Origin: Pavona decussata
Taxonomy: Eukaryota
DNA length: 64,000 bases
Reading direction: 5' to 3'
NCBI GenBank assembly: GCA_977016875.1
Contig: CDRNST010000015.1
Coordinates: 1,612,001 to 1,676,000 of the forward strand
This document shows positions 11,642 to 22,740 of the stretch, piece by piece. Made by a program: the position numbers and the translations under genes. The stretch's first letter is position 1; each line of letters begins with the position of its first letter. The notes under the pieces were generated by a model. The model saw only the letters and a program-made list of their open reading frames with translations. It did not search any database and was not told where the DNA came from.

Positions 11642-12174
11642 TGTCGCGGAATCTTTCATGAACTCCGCACTTGCCGGTTCACAAACTGAAGAGGACTGTA
11701 ATTCTTTCCTTTTCTGAAGATTTATTTAACATTCACAATCTGACAATCTCTGATCCAATCTACAATATTCGCGATGCACAGTTCCGTTCACAATTCGTTC
11801 TTAATCGATCTGATCTTACATTACAATTGTACTAAGATTTTCTAGGTTCTATTTGCGCAACAAGTATTTTTACTACAATCACGAGCACAGTATAATCCCA
11901 AGGCTATACTATTGTAATGCTACTAAATTTGATTTCAATTACACAATTACACGCGTTTCTCTTCCTTATTTAGCTTAATACTACGCGGGTCTACGCGTGC
12001 AGTTACATCATTGTCATGCAGTGTATTAACTTCGGACTTTCCCGGAGTACAATTGTGCAATCTGCTTTGCTCACTAATTTTAAAGTATTGCTCGCGTTAC
12101 TATTTCGTGACATTGTTCATCAAATTTCCAAGTTAATATTCTACGTCACGCACATCAGTGCTTCTTTCCCGACA
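11642..12174 (-). repeat. 5' LTR of the BEL element
   Basis: 533 bp, TGTCGGGAAA...TTCCGCGACA on the minus strand. Confidence 0.97.
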
Positions 12175-13825
12175 AAATGTGTTTTTGCTCGATGATTTTG
12201 TAATCTTTCTGCGGATGTCAATCAGCCTTTCTTGAACACGCGTCAATCCCAATTAAACTTCAAACGTTTCACTCAACGCTAGTACTTCTTGTGCAGTTTC
12301 CTCAGCGTCATGATACTCCTCAAGACAGTAACATAAGTCCATCTTTGCAATCAGCCGATAAATCTGCAATACGTCCATTTCCTTGTTGCTGCCGAACTTG
12401 GTCTCAAGTGTTCCCAGACTTTCTTCGGTTTCCATGATGTTCTGTCTTATTATGTCTTTGTTTCTGGGTACAGTCTTGTTTCGCAATTTAGATTCATCAA
12501 AGCAATTTTGACTACGGCACACTGTTCATAATACGTAGAGAATGATTCGCCGTCTGACTGAACGCACATCTTGATACAACTATCCAACAGCTTCTTCCCT
12601 TCAGTAGCGCCATAATACTCCGTTCTCGAGCCAGGAAACATGGAAGCAATATCCATTTTGAAACTTCCTAACTCGTATAGCAAAAGCATCACAGGGCAGC
12701 AAGGAGGGAAGCCTGACGCAATTTTCCTAGCAACCTCCAAACACATCTCGGCTTTTCCAAACATCTTTCTCCTTTTATAAACTGTAGCAAGGTAGCTCTT
12801 TGAGAAAACTTCAAGCAGAAGCCGAACTGAACCGCTGGTCTTTTCAATCTTCTTCACGGCATTGTTCATCATGTCTTCTGCACGTTCCAAGTCATTCATC
12901 CTAAAAGCGATGGCGATACTTTTCTCCAGGACAACGATGATCTCACGACTTGGATTAACCGCATCGTCTTTAAGTAAAAGTTCTTCGGCACGACGTTCAA
13001 ATTCAGGCTATCTACCGTTCAATAATAGTGGACGTAATGCATTTATACAACGATGCAAGGTCTGCAGTGCTTGCTGAAAGGTTGAACTATCATTCTCGAA
13101 AGAATATCCGTTCAGAGTTGCTTCTCTCCTATCTTCACCCGAGCTTGAAGTGCTATAGTTTGGGTTGCACCCCAGTGTCTTTTCCTGCGCTTTCGATTAC
13201 ATCGTTTCTTTCGTAGATTTTCCGCTGCTGCCTCAATGCCGCACTTCCTTTCTTCGTCTACGCCCTCACAATAATGTTGCTTACACGTTACGACCGGGGA
13301 AAACGTCGATATCGCCGCTGACGTTTCCTCTATAACTAGCATTTTCACAGTGCAATGGGAAACACCCCGGCTCTTTTATGATCTTGGCCATGTTTTGCTT
13401 GGTTAAGTCCAAACCAGCAATCTTTGCATCGCCTTTTGATACGCGCTCGCTCCATAGGTCAGACAATGATTTTCTTTGAAGCTCAGAGTTATTGCTCAGC
13501 GCAGAGGAGTCAAAATTGATTACGTTATTGTCACCAACCATTACTACTTCTCAATTGTTGATATCCACAACAAACTGATTGGAAGGCTCCGAGCTGGGGC
13601 ACTGCGCCACGTAAGCCGAACTTCTGTCTAGCACACGCTTGTTTAACACTACGTTTTCCTGCGTCAAATTTGCCATTCCGCCACACGGAGTTAGTGATAT
13701 ACCAAAGCAATATAGGAGTTGGGGGTACCAGACCAAGATGGTCTCTTACCCAACCAACTCAATACTACTATTACCATTCAATGATAACCATTTTATGAAT
13801 CCAGCATGCAAATCATCCGATGAAA

Positions 13826-13990
13826 TCTATATACTTTTCATTGCGTGACACCCCATAAACAGGAAGTCATAATTCTCGGAACAAAGGAAGTCTATGATGC
13901 CATATCACAGGGACTTTCCCAATCACCAAAATTGCTTTTGTTTTCAAGTCATATGAATATTGCGTGATTTTTTCAGCCAATCAGGAAGTG
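13826..13990 (-). promoter_or_regulatory. Putative immune-type promoter (NF-kB site, ETS cores, CCAAT, TATA-like)
   Basis: GGGACTTTCC at 13910-13919, AGGAAG at ~13861/13885/13983, CCAATC at ~13919/13977, and a minus-strand TATATAG near 13830, all upstream of the RHIM-TPR pseudogene. Confidence 0.45.
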
Positions 13991-14017
13991 GCTGTTGCAT
14001 CATTCAGTTTTGCGTTG

Positions 14018-14915
14018 TTACGCGGGATGCTGTGAGGGCAGACCCTGTCTAAAATTGGGCTCGCTATCTTTTTTTTCATGGTAGCTTCAAATCTGCACAT
14101 TAATTTATTCACTAAACTCTGCTCTCTCCTAGAAGGTATCTATTGTTCTGATTGTCCTCAACAAAAACGGCCCAATCAAAATCTATTATCGGCGCGTATC
14201 ACGAGGGAGGGGACCCCCTCACCCCTACCTGTGTGACGTCAAATCATCATATGCTTTAGTAATTAAACCTGGATTAAATCCTGCTCTCTCCTTGTGGCGG
14301 CCATATTGTTTACAAGTTTAAGACTCACCTATGGCGTTTTAAAAAAGAAAATTAAGCGGCCTTTTGAAGCGGTAAATCGAAAGAATAACTTCTAAAAAGC
14401 ACTGGACAGTTAAAACGGTGGAAATTGGAGAGTTCCTGGGAAGGAATCATGCTTTGTTTGACAGTTGCAGAATCACAATACGAGTAGTAAAGGTCATTGA
14501 TAAACTAAAATGCACATCACACCGCTTTGTCGAATTGATGCTTAAACGCAACTGGAAGGGTTTGATTGTCAATTTTTACTAAAATTTGTCATTTTGGAAA
14601 AGCTTTTTGGTTGTTTTTCTTTCTGTTCTTTTTTTTTTTTTCGGTGAAATGAGAACAATTTGTAATCTCACACTTTTATTGAAACTGCATAACCAGAATA
14701 GAAAACGTGAGTGAGGCCAAGTGTGTGGTTGCAATTTCCGGTATAAAGATAGGTAGCGTAACACAAGGGAATACGGAAATCACGCTATCTTTGTGATTCA
14801 AACTATTCCGTCAGCTAGTTAAATAAGATAGTTTCAAAAGTCTGCGAAACATACAATGGGAATAAATGAGGCCACATTAAGCATCCCGTGAAAATGACAT
14901 TAGGGGCATCTTTTT
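14018..14915 (+). mobile_element. Non-autonomous Helentron-like element (HINE), copy 2
   Basis: TTACGCGGGATGC ... GCATCCCGTG + degenerate hairpin + TTTTT. Colinear with 2471-3415. Confidence 0.6.
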
Positions 14916-14959
14916 ACTCAGGTGATTATAGAGATTCTGTTGATCTGATTGATCGAGGA

Positions 14960-16460
14960 GGCAATATTACTTGCAAAAGAAAATCGGTAAGGGGATAAGA
15001 CAGGAGCCAGGCAGGAAACACCTTGAGACAGTCACTCAGTTCCGGCCTATAAATTACAAATACATTGACGAAAGAAACAGATGCCGAGGTCAATAACATT
15101 CCTCGCTAATAATTTGTTGGTTCAAGAAAGACAGTGTGATTAGGGCAGTACGAGACAAATAAAACAGAATGCCGGCTCAACCAGGTCAAGTATTACACAA
15201 GTTTTAAACAGACAAAGAAAAATTGGAGCAGAACAAACACTGCCAAGTTCCAGCCATAACAATGTACAAAATAACAGAGCCGAGTGCATTGGACACACCC
15301 CCAAAGGGGCGATAAAGTGGGTTGTACACTCATGTGGCAAAGTGAAAGCACAAAAACAACATGACCAAAGCCGTGAAAAGCACGATAAAAATTACCGTGA
15401 CGAACATGGTCCAAAGGACCCAGTGAGCCTTGAAAGAAAAATGGGAATTACCCAGTGAACAAATAAACAAGAACTCACGAACAATCACAAATGAAAACGG
15501 CTTGGTAAACAAATGGGAACTGGCAGGTATCTTTTAAATTCAATATAACCACTGAAGGCGCAATGGCCCTCAAAAATCTCAATACTGCCCCTCTCAGACT
15601 GCGAAAAAAAAAAAAAATAAATAAAAAAAATAAAATAAAATAAAATTGTACTGCCCTAACATATTTAAAGGAATACCATTGCAAGAAAGAAAAAACGGGA
15701 TTCGCAATTCTCAAACCCCGGTAACGCCAATATAAGACATTGGTAATCGGTTCGAACACTACTTGTAAATATTGAGTTAAAATGATAACTAGGGATAAAT
15801 CATCTGACAGACACATATAAATTGGACACCGTTAGACTCAAACATCAACCGAGCAAGGTCCTCGATCGCTGAACTAGTCTCAACGGCGGAAAGGAAAGCC
15901 AAGTCGTTAGTCCTGAGCTGTAAAATTACGATATCAGGGCAAGAAACTCAACGACCCCAAGGACGTGTTGAATAGTCTTAGCTATTGTTCTCCCTCCGGT
16001 CCCTCGCCATATCTCATAACGAGATCATCAACCAAGTGAAAATCGGTCAGGAAAGCATTAGTTAGACAATACTTTGCAATAAGAAACGACCGCAGGCGGT
16101 GGATAAAAAAATGCCCGAGGATGAAAACACGAGTTGGCACCATCTCGCCAAGATACAGCAGCCACGATACAAATCAAAAAAGAAACTACTCGAGAATAAA
16201 CACCAATGCCCAAAAACGGGGGAAATGCTACAATAAAAAAAAAAGGAATATCCAAATTGATAACTTGCCTGAATAGCTTTGTGAGGGAAAAAACTTGTCC
16301 TTGATATGAACACACTGATGGCAAGGGAAGGAAGGATGCTTTTATCAAGGAATCTTGACTATAAACCTGGTCAGAACAGCCTTAACACCTCATTGGTTAG
16401 ACTTTACGCAATCTTGGTACCTAGCACCGATGACCTCAACGGGTTATCACGCGGCACCAT
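14960..16460 (-). mobile_element. Degenerate Ngaro/DIRS-type retroelement 3' part with SGNH-hydrolase ORF
   Basis: From ATG 16143, across frameshifts: RVFILGHFFIHRL...WRGTGGRTI...PDIVILQLRTND...YLQVVFEP..VLYWR...RSLRGAVLR. These are the GxS/GxND blocks of the SGNH esterase ORF found in metazoan Ngaro elements. Boundaries are approximate. Confidence 0.65.
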
Positions 16461-16539
16461 GTAGCGACATAAATAACATTATGGGTTCCATAATGTTTGC
16501 TTTTAAATTACTGAGCCTTCGGCGAATAATTGTTAATTA

Positions 16540-16917
16540 TTCAATTAAGGCCTCTTGAAAGCAGAACAAGGGTTCAAAGTGTAATGGTGAATGCCTCGGG
16601 CAAACTTCAGGCGTTTATTTTTCAAAGATACTTTTGTGCGGCTTATGACTATGCGAGAAAAGCAGACCTTAGCGAGGGTTCAGTTGGAATTCAAAAAGGA
16701 ATTTAAAGATAACCAAGCGGATTTTAGAAATAATAAAGCTTCAATTTGGAAACATACCACACGTTGTTATGAATTTCAAAGCTTTTTAGCCGAATGCTTG
16801 TTGCTTATTTATCTCGAATTAATCTCTAATTCCAGTTGCCTTTGCTGAGATCTGCTTTTCCCGCATAGCCACAACTGCGCAAAAATCCTCTTCTATATTA
16901 TGACGCACCGTCCTTAA
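16540..16917. mobile_element. Non-autonomous TTAA-terminal (Kolobok-like) repeat fragment
   Basis: Ends GCACCGTCCTTAA. Homologs at ~24440-24600, 30640-31130, 33950-34415 and 55110-55410. Confidence 0.5.
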
Positions 16918-17446
16918 TATTTATGAAATTTCTTTGGCGTTGTTCACTAGAAAGCTCTCTTGGACGGAGATGGAATGGTGTTATATAAATAACGTATTAT
17001 CGTTATGTTATTATTGGAGAAAATTTTGGCAAAGTTTCACGTCTTATTTCGAGACACTTTAAGAAAAGACCATAAACGTCTATAATTATGAAGTTTGTTC
17101 GATTGAATTCTATTGTTGCTACACATTAAGTTTGTGGTGGACGTTTTTGAGAAATGAAATAATATTTTTCCAGCTGCAATATTTAATATATTCCAAATAC
17201 ACTTTCCACTTTTGGCGGCTCAGTCCATTTTTACATGCCTTAAGAGTAAACGAATGACATTACCGAAAGAAAAATAAAAGGGCGATTCACCTGACAGGAA
17301 AACAACAAATGCAGTCTAACTGATTATCAGTTACAAATCTGAATGATTCCTCAGACGGAGTAGAGGTGAAACAACAAAAAAAACTACGATTATATATTTG
17401 TAACTTTCACAAGTATGACGGGGCTATGTTTCTGTGCTAACTAGAA

Positions 17447-18418
17447 TCAATTTAACTCGATGACGTTTTCATTTGTCGAAGAACAGATCAATTGCTTGAT
17501 TATGTCCTTGACTGCTTGTCTCACTTCTCTGATCTTCCAACAGTAAAGAATTGGGTTTAATGATGAATTTAAGTAAATTAAAGTCGCGGTAAACTGTCTG
17601 ATGAGAGCAAGGGATGGAGTTAATCCAACATGAGATGACAATGCTGTCACTACACCATGTGGCAGGTAACATAAAACTAACACCAACTGTAGCCACAATG
17701 CACTGGAGACTGCCTTTCTGTATCGCGCCATGTTAAGTTGTTGTGTATGGCTCGGTTGTCCTCGTTGAGAAACTGGATCTTGTACTTGAATGTGATGCTT
17801 ACGATTACGAAGATTAATGAAAATGTTGGTGTAAGAGAATATCGATGTTACTAAACCAATTGCTATTCCTACTTGGCTATACCTTATGGTAAATAGGTAA
17901 CTCTTAACGTAGGCTGTTGAACAGACAGAGCTTACAATCCAAGAGGTAACAACAATCACATATGTTCGCTTCAAAGTTACAATTTGCCTGTACCTCAGAC
18001 CCAGGGAGAGCGCAAGAAGTCTGTCCACGCTTATTGCTGTCAACGTAAACAGAGATACTGAACACAAATTATAGCTCGCTATAAAACTGGAAAATATTGC
18101 TTGATAACAAACATTCCAGAGTTTTTTCACTGCAGATATCCAATAGATTACAGCAAGAGGCTCCGAAACAAGACCAACACAAAGATCGGATGCCGCCAGA
18201 GAACGAAACAGCAGTTTGGACGGCGGATGAAGAGAAGACTCCTTGTGAAGGGCGACCAGGATCACAGCATTTCCCACGGAGGCAATTATACACAATAACA
18301 CGTTAAAAATTGAAAGAAATATCAACTCGTGGTGCATTCCATCTGTCAAACCTGCCGAGCAGAAAAGTTCTTCATACGTTTTCTGCGCTTCACCCCCGGT
18401 AACATTTGCTTTCGCCAT
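17447..18418 (-). CDS. Class A orphan GPCR, paralog 1 (323 aa)
   Basis: Seven hydrophobic segments; GN (TM1), LAASD (TM2), SVDRL (TM3), CYLP (TM6), NSSLNPILY (TM7). ATG at 18418. Confidence 0.92.
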   Translation of the reverse strand: MAKANVTGGEAQKTYEELFCSAGLTDGMHHELIFLSIFNVLLCIIASVGNAVILVALHKESSLHPPSKLLFRSLAASDLCVGLVSEPLAVIYWISAVKKLWNVCYQAIFSSFIASYNLCSVSLFTLTAISVDRLLALSLGLRYRQIVTLKRTYVIVVTSWIVSSVCSTAYVKSYLFTIRYSQVGIAIGLVTSIFSYTNIFINLRNRKHHIQVQDPVSQRGQPSHTQQLNMARYRKAVSSALWLQLVLVLCYLPHGVVTALSSHVGLTPSLALIRQFTATLIYLNSSLNPILYCWKIREVRQAVKDIIKQLICSSTNENVIELN

Positions 18419-19059
18419 AGCGGTCTCTAAGATGCGTGTCTTCTCGCTGCACAAACAGGTGCGTATAAATTAAGCATTCACTTATCGTCACTTTAATCAT
18501 CGTTTATTGAATGTCAATGACTTTTAGTTTTATTATTCAATTGATTATAGATATTCTATTGATCTCATTGGTCGAAGATTGGCCGCTTCGCGATTTGTTG
18601 ATGTTTCTTAGGCACAAATAAATACGATGAAAGCAAATGCAATTCTGAAAGGTACTAAAGATTCAGCTAAGTTCAGGGTGACACTTTGCAAAGGCCAGAT
18701 GTAACTTTTTTCGAATTGTAGTAGAAAAACCTTGTAAACTGTGGTGAAAATGTTTTCGGTGTCGTTTATACGAATTTCAATTAACAATTATTCGCTGAAG
18801 TCGAAGTAAATATTGGTGAATATTGGTCTCGGGGTATATTCCGCAATATATTATTTCCTGAATAATTGTATTATATTCACCAATATCTACGAAGTTTGTT
18901 CGATGAAACTCTTTAATAAAGAATCCATACTATAATTTGTTGCCTCATTATCGCTACACAGCTAGCAAAATAAACGTTTCTAACGAAAGTTTTTGTCAGC
19001 TGAAATTATATTTTGTCAGCTGAAATATTTAATTTGTCGGGCCGAAGGGCCGCTTGGGA

Positions 19060-19136
19060 GTATTCTCCGTGGCAGCCGTTTTGAGTGGGGAGGAGCGTTG
19101 CGTAACGACATTAAAAACGGCTGCGAGGGAGAGTAG
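19060..19136. repeat. Short palindromic MITE remnant
   Basis: CTCCGTGGCAGCCGTTTT ... AAAACGGCTGCGAGGGAG inverted arms. Confidence 0.6.
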
Positions 19137-19173
19137 CACGGGAGCAATCGAGCAAAAATTATATTTATATATA

Positions 19174-20170
19174 TCTATATATCGTTGAAGGTGTCTGCGG
19201 TGTTGCCTGACAACAGTGCAAACAAAGTATGAATGACGTCAGACAAAGGGAAGGTTGCTAGGCAGCAGCAGGTTCAAGACAGGCTGGCGCTGATGTTTAT
19301 TCATAGAGTGCTTAACGCGTTTGTTCATCGAGGAGTGAAAAATGTTTACTATAGCTGAAACACGAACAAATTGTGATGCAAATGAACCACAGGAGGACGG
19401 ACAAGATTCGCCGAGGGAGATTAAACAACGAAACCCTGAAGAACGTGAATGGCGAGTTCAGATTTAGCGCGAGCAGCGAAGAAGAATGAGACATCAGGAA
19501 ACCACAGAGCAAAGACAACATCGCTTGGCTCAGCAAAGACACTGCGCCGTCAGGAACAAACAGAGGAGCAGAGGAAACGCAGATTGGAATATCACAGGCA
19601 GTACAACCAATGTAGGCGTGCATTAGAAACTTTAGAAGATAGGCAAATTAGGTTACATTTACTCTTAATCGCTTCAATAACGAAACCCCCGTTCAACATG
19701 AGCTTCGATTACATCGAATTCGAAGAAACCAGGCACAACGACTGATAAATGAGTCCGAACAGAAGCGAAATTTGTGATAACAAACGCTTCGGTCAAACCA
19801 GGCACAACGACTGATTAATGAGACTGAACACGAACGAGATTTTCGATTACAAACGCTTCGGACAAACCAGGCAAAACGACTGATTAATGAGACTGAACAG
19901 GAAGGGAACTTGCGACTACAAAAACTCCCAGAAAGTCAATCCATACGAATACAAGCGGAAACTAAACAGCTATGACAGATATGACAGGTTACAAACCACT
20001 CGTGACAACACTGCATCGTAGAATAGAAGTTTTAATGAATGCGGAACTACAGAACAGACTCCAACTGCTTCAACAAAATGGTGCTATGTACAGAGAGAAC
20101 GAGAGGCTACAACATGTACAAGATCAAAATTTTCTTCTTGAAAACAACCACAATCACATGTAAACAGTAC
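19174..20170 (+). mobile_element. 5' fragment of a Helitron with degenerate 23-aa (STPR-like) repeats
   Basis: Starts A|TCTATATAT. 69-bp tandem units at 19726/19795/19864 encode ETEHERDFRLQTLRTNQAKRLIN-like repeats, typical of RepHel N-termini. Confidence 0.65.
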
Positions 20171-21055
20171 ATATTCTGTTTATGCAAATAAAGCAGTTGC
20201 AACAAAACAAATATCGTACTTTCTGATTAGAATGGAAGGTACGGGAGAGAGGGGTGGGAGAGAAAAAAGATAAGCTACATCTATGTGTACCATCTTCTGA
20301 GAACTCTCTGTTAAATATCATTTGCAAAGTATTATACACCTTCACTAACCATTTCACAACCAAGATCTGAAAAATAATTCTCCTAAGTAATTAATATTGA
20401 TGTGTTTGTTGGTTTTTCCTGACAGTATGGTGCCAGAGCAAAAAACTATCCCCTTATTATTTTTTTTGTTAATTCTTATTACCTGTCTGCTTCACAGTGT
20501 ATTAAAATTATGAGGAGAATTTTTAAATAATGCTGCTCACTTCTGGGAGTAAAAGGGTTGGTGACAAAGGGAGACCGTTGCGCAGGGTAACACTAAACCA
20601 TGTCCATGGTATCTATTATTTGCCCTTCTGTTATACTCTCACCTTCTATTGAGTGACTACCTCTCTAATCATTGAATATAAATCCGTCCCCGTATTCTCA
20701 ATTAAGCAATCACTTGCCTATTTCCCCAGAGTGACCAGTTAACAGATGTTTGGGAGGATGACTAGATCAAGGCAATATATAGAACCTTCTAGCCAGGAAT
20801 GCACTATTACAAAATTTGAAGGGCGCAGGGGGGGAGATGGGGGGAAGATTACTTTGTGGAAAGGTATGTTATTTTTTTCACAACCAGCGGGGGTGCAAAA
20901 TTTTTTTTCCAACCTTGAAAAACGTTTTTTGCTTTCTTTGCAATTCAGGATTGTTTTTTCTTACATTTTGGTTTTGCACGATTTTTTCCCGTTTATGGAC
21001 TCCTCACCCCCACAGCCCATCCTTCACATTTCTAATGGTGCATCACTAACGTCCT

Positions 21056-21296
21056 GGCCCCAGTTGTTCAAAGGCCGGATAACTTTATCCGCTGGATAAG
21101 GCATTATTCAGGGTCTAAAATATACTTCACGTAAAACGTTGTCCAAGGTTTTCGGACACTTCCAAACTCAACTGTGGTTAGAGTGTGCATATTCGCTTGT
21201 ACAAGAGGAAATACTGAAATCTTTGCACAGATTGAAACTGACGGATAGCGACTTATCCACTGGATAGAGTTATCCGGCCTTTGAACAACTGGACCC
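21056..21296. mobile_element. MITE with ~40-bp TIRs
   Basis: CCAGTTGTTCAAAGGCCGGATAAC ... GTTATCCGGCCTTTGAACAACTGG. Confidence 0.85.
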
Positions 21297-21519
21297 TTCT
21301 AATTACATTGGATCACTCCCACAGTCTGTGGGGGTGACATCATACAGAGCGGGTGTGATCACACAACCTGCACAAGGGTGGGGCTATATAAAGGGCACAC
21401 TATCCTCTTAATCACTATCTCAAAGAATGACACAATTCATACTTTCTAGCTGCCTTAGCCCATTCCTTCACTTCAAATCAACTTTCCACCCAGTCCTAAT
21501 TTCGCAAGGTTTTCCAAGT

Positions 21520-22740
21520 CACGTATTTTTAGTATATTCCATATGGGCTTTCCACTTTTGCCGATTTTATCAGTTTTACGTGCTTAAGAGTGAATGAATG
21601 ACATTACTAAAAAAAAAAAATGGGAAGGCGTTTCACCTCACAAGGGAACAACAAATAAAGCATAACTGATAATCAGTTGCAAATGTACATGGGTCCTCAG
21701 AAGGAGTAGAAGTGTCAGAAAAAATGAACTTCAATTGTTTACGGTACAACCTCCCAAAGTGAAACCAAAATTAGATCGTGTTAACGGGAGTTCAAGTTGG
21801 CGGGGTTAGTGTTGAATTTCAAACACCCTGTTAAAAATTAATAAAATATCGTGGTTTTTTCACTCCTTCACACTCAATCAATGTAACAGGTTTTTGATTG
21901 TTTGGAAATTTTAGGCACAATGTTAACCCTATCAAGACATTGTTTGTTTCTTTTTCTAATGGGACCTGTGCGTGCGGGCGGAGGAGGGGAGTGACGGCGA
22001 TAATAAACAATGAGGCTTGGAGGATAGATAGGACGTCCAAAGATGTATCCTTCGAGGTCCACAATGGGAAGTTCTGACGTCATTGGAAGTGGTTATTACG
22101 TAATGATTGCCAAATGGCGGCCATCTTGGATCCGCCATCTTGGATTTATGGATTTACCCTAAACTTCAAGAAAGCGCCGAATTTTAGCCCTTCCGGAACG
22201 GTACCCCACCCCTCAGACCCCAAAATCCCCCAAAATTTCACACATGCACAGAGTACTTTATTTGTGGACACTGCTGTTCCAAGGAACTCCCGGGCTCATT
22301 AATTGAAAAAAATTTGCGACAAAAATGTCGAGCAAATGGGACGCAAAAGGGTTCCCGGCAGCCAGTTTTTGTGCGCAAATCAGCCGTCAGTAAAGAGTAA
22401 GAAAGAAAATGTTGAAAACAAGAAAAAAAATAACTGCAAGTAGTTTTAGAGTGGAAGCGAATAATTTTTCGTGCGATAAAAAGATCGACAAACTGCAGAG
22501 AGAACGTAAACGTCTGCAGTTTGAAAAGGCTAGTCTGAAAAGGACAGTACGAACTCTACGACGAAGCATAGGTAAGTGTCAGTTCAAGAAGCCATGAAAT
22601 TTATTTTAAATGCCTGAAAAGTGTTTTTTGAACATTTTCGAGTTGGAAGCCGTAGAGAGTGGCTTTCCTACACACACATCAAAATTTTGCCAATTTAGCG
22701 ATCGATGCTGTCATTAAATTTAACTTCAGCTTATGTAATG
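21520..22740. repeat. Duplicated block: orphan GPCR 3' flank plus composite repeat
   Basis: Homologous to 26730-26875 + 28677-29770. Confidence 0.8.

Larger units (their letters stand above)
5650..12174 (-). mobile_element. Full-length BEL/Pao LTR retrotransposon
   Basis: Two 533-bp TG...CA LTRs, 5-bp TSD AAATG (5645-5649, 12175-12179), tRNA-Tyr-like PBS, PPT and a single intact gag-pol ORF. Confidence 0.97.
5558..13736 (-). pseudogene. Decayed gene with an N-terminal RHIM-like motif and a C-terminal TPR-like helical domain, split by the BEL element
   Basis: ORF pieces 13736-12253 are joined by stops and frameshifts. The frame continues past the 12253 stop (LGLTRVQERL...KNTF) and across the insertion site (RDIPKII...SSN, TGA at 5558-5560). 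Confidence 0.65.

Noticed and set aside
6372-11689. Many plus-strand ORFs of 60-150 aa
   Set aside because: Antisense shadows of the BEL gag-pol ORF.
22335-22575. Basic coiled-coil exon-like frame ending at GTAAGT (also 29360-29600)
   Set aside because: Frameshifted in both copies, inside a composite repeat, with no recognisable domain.
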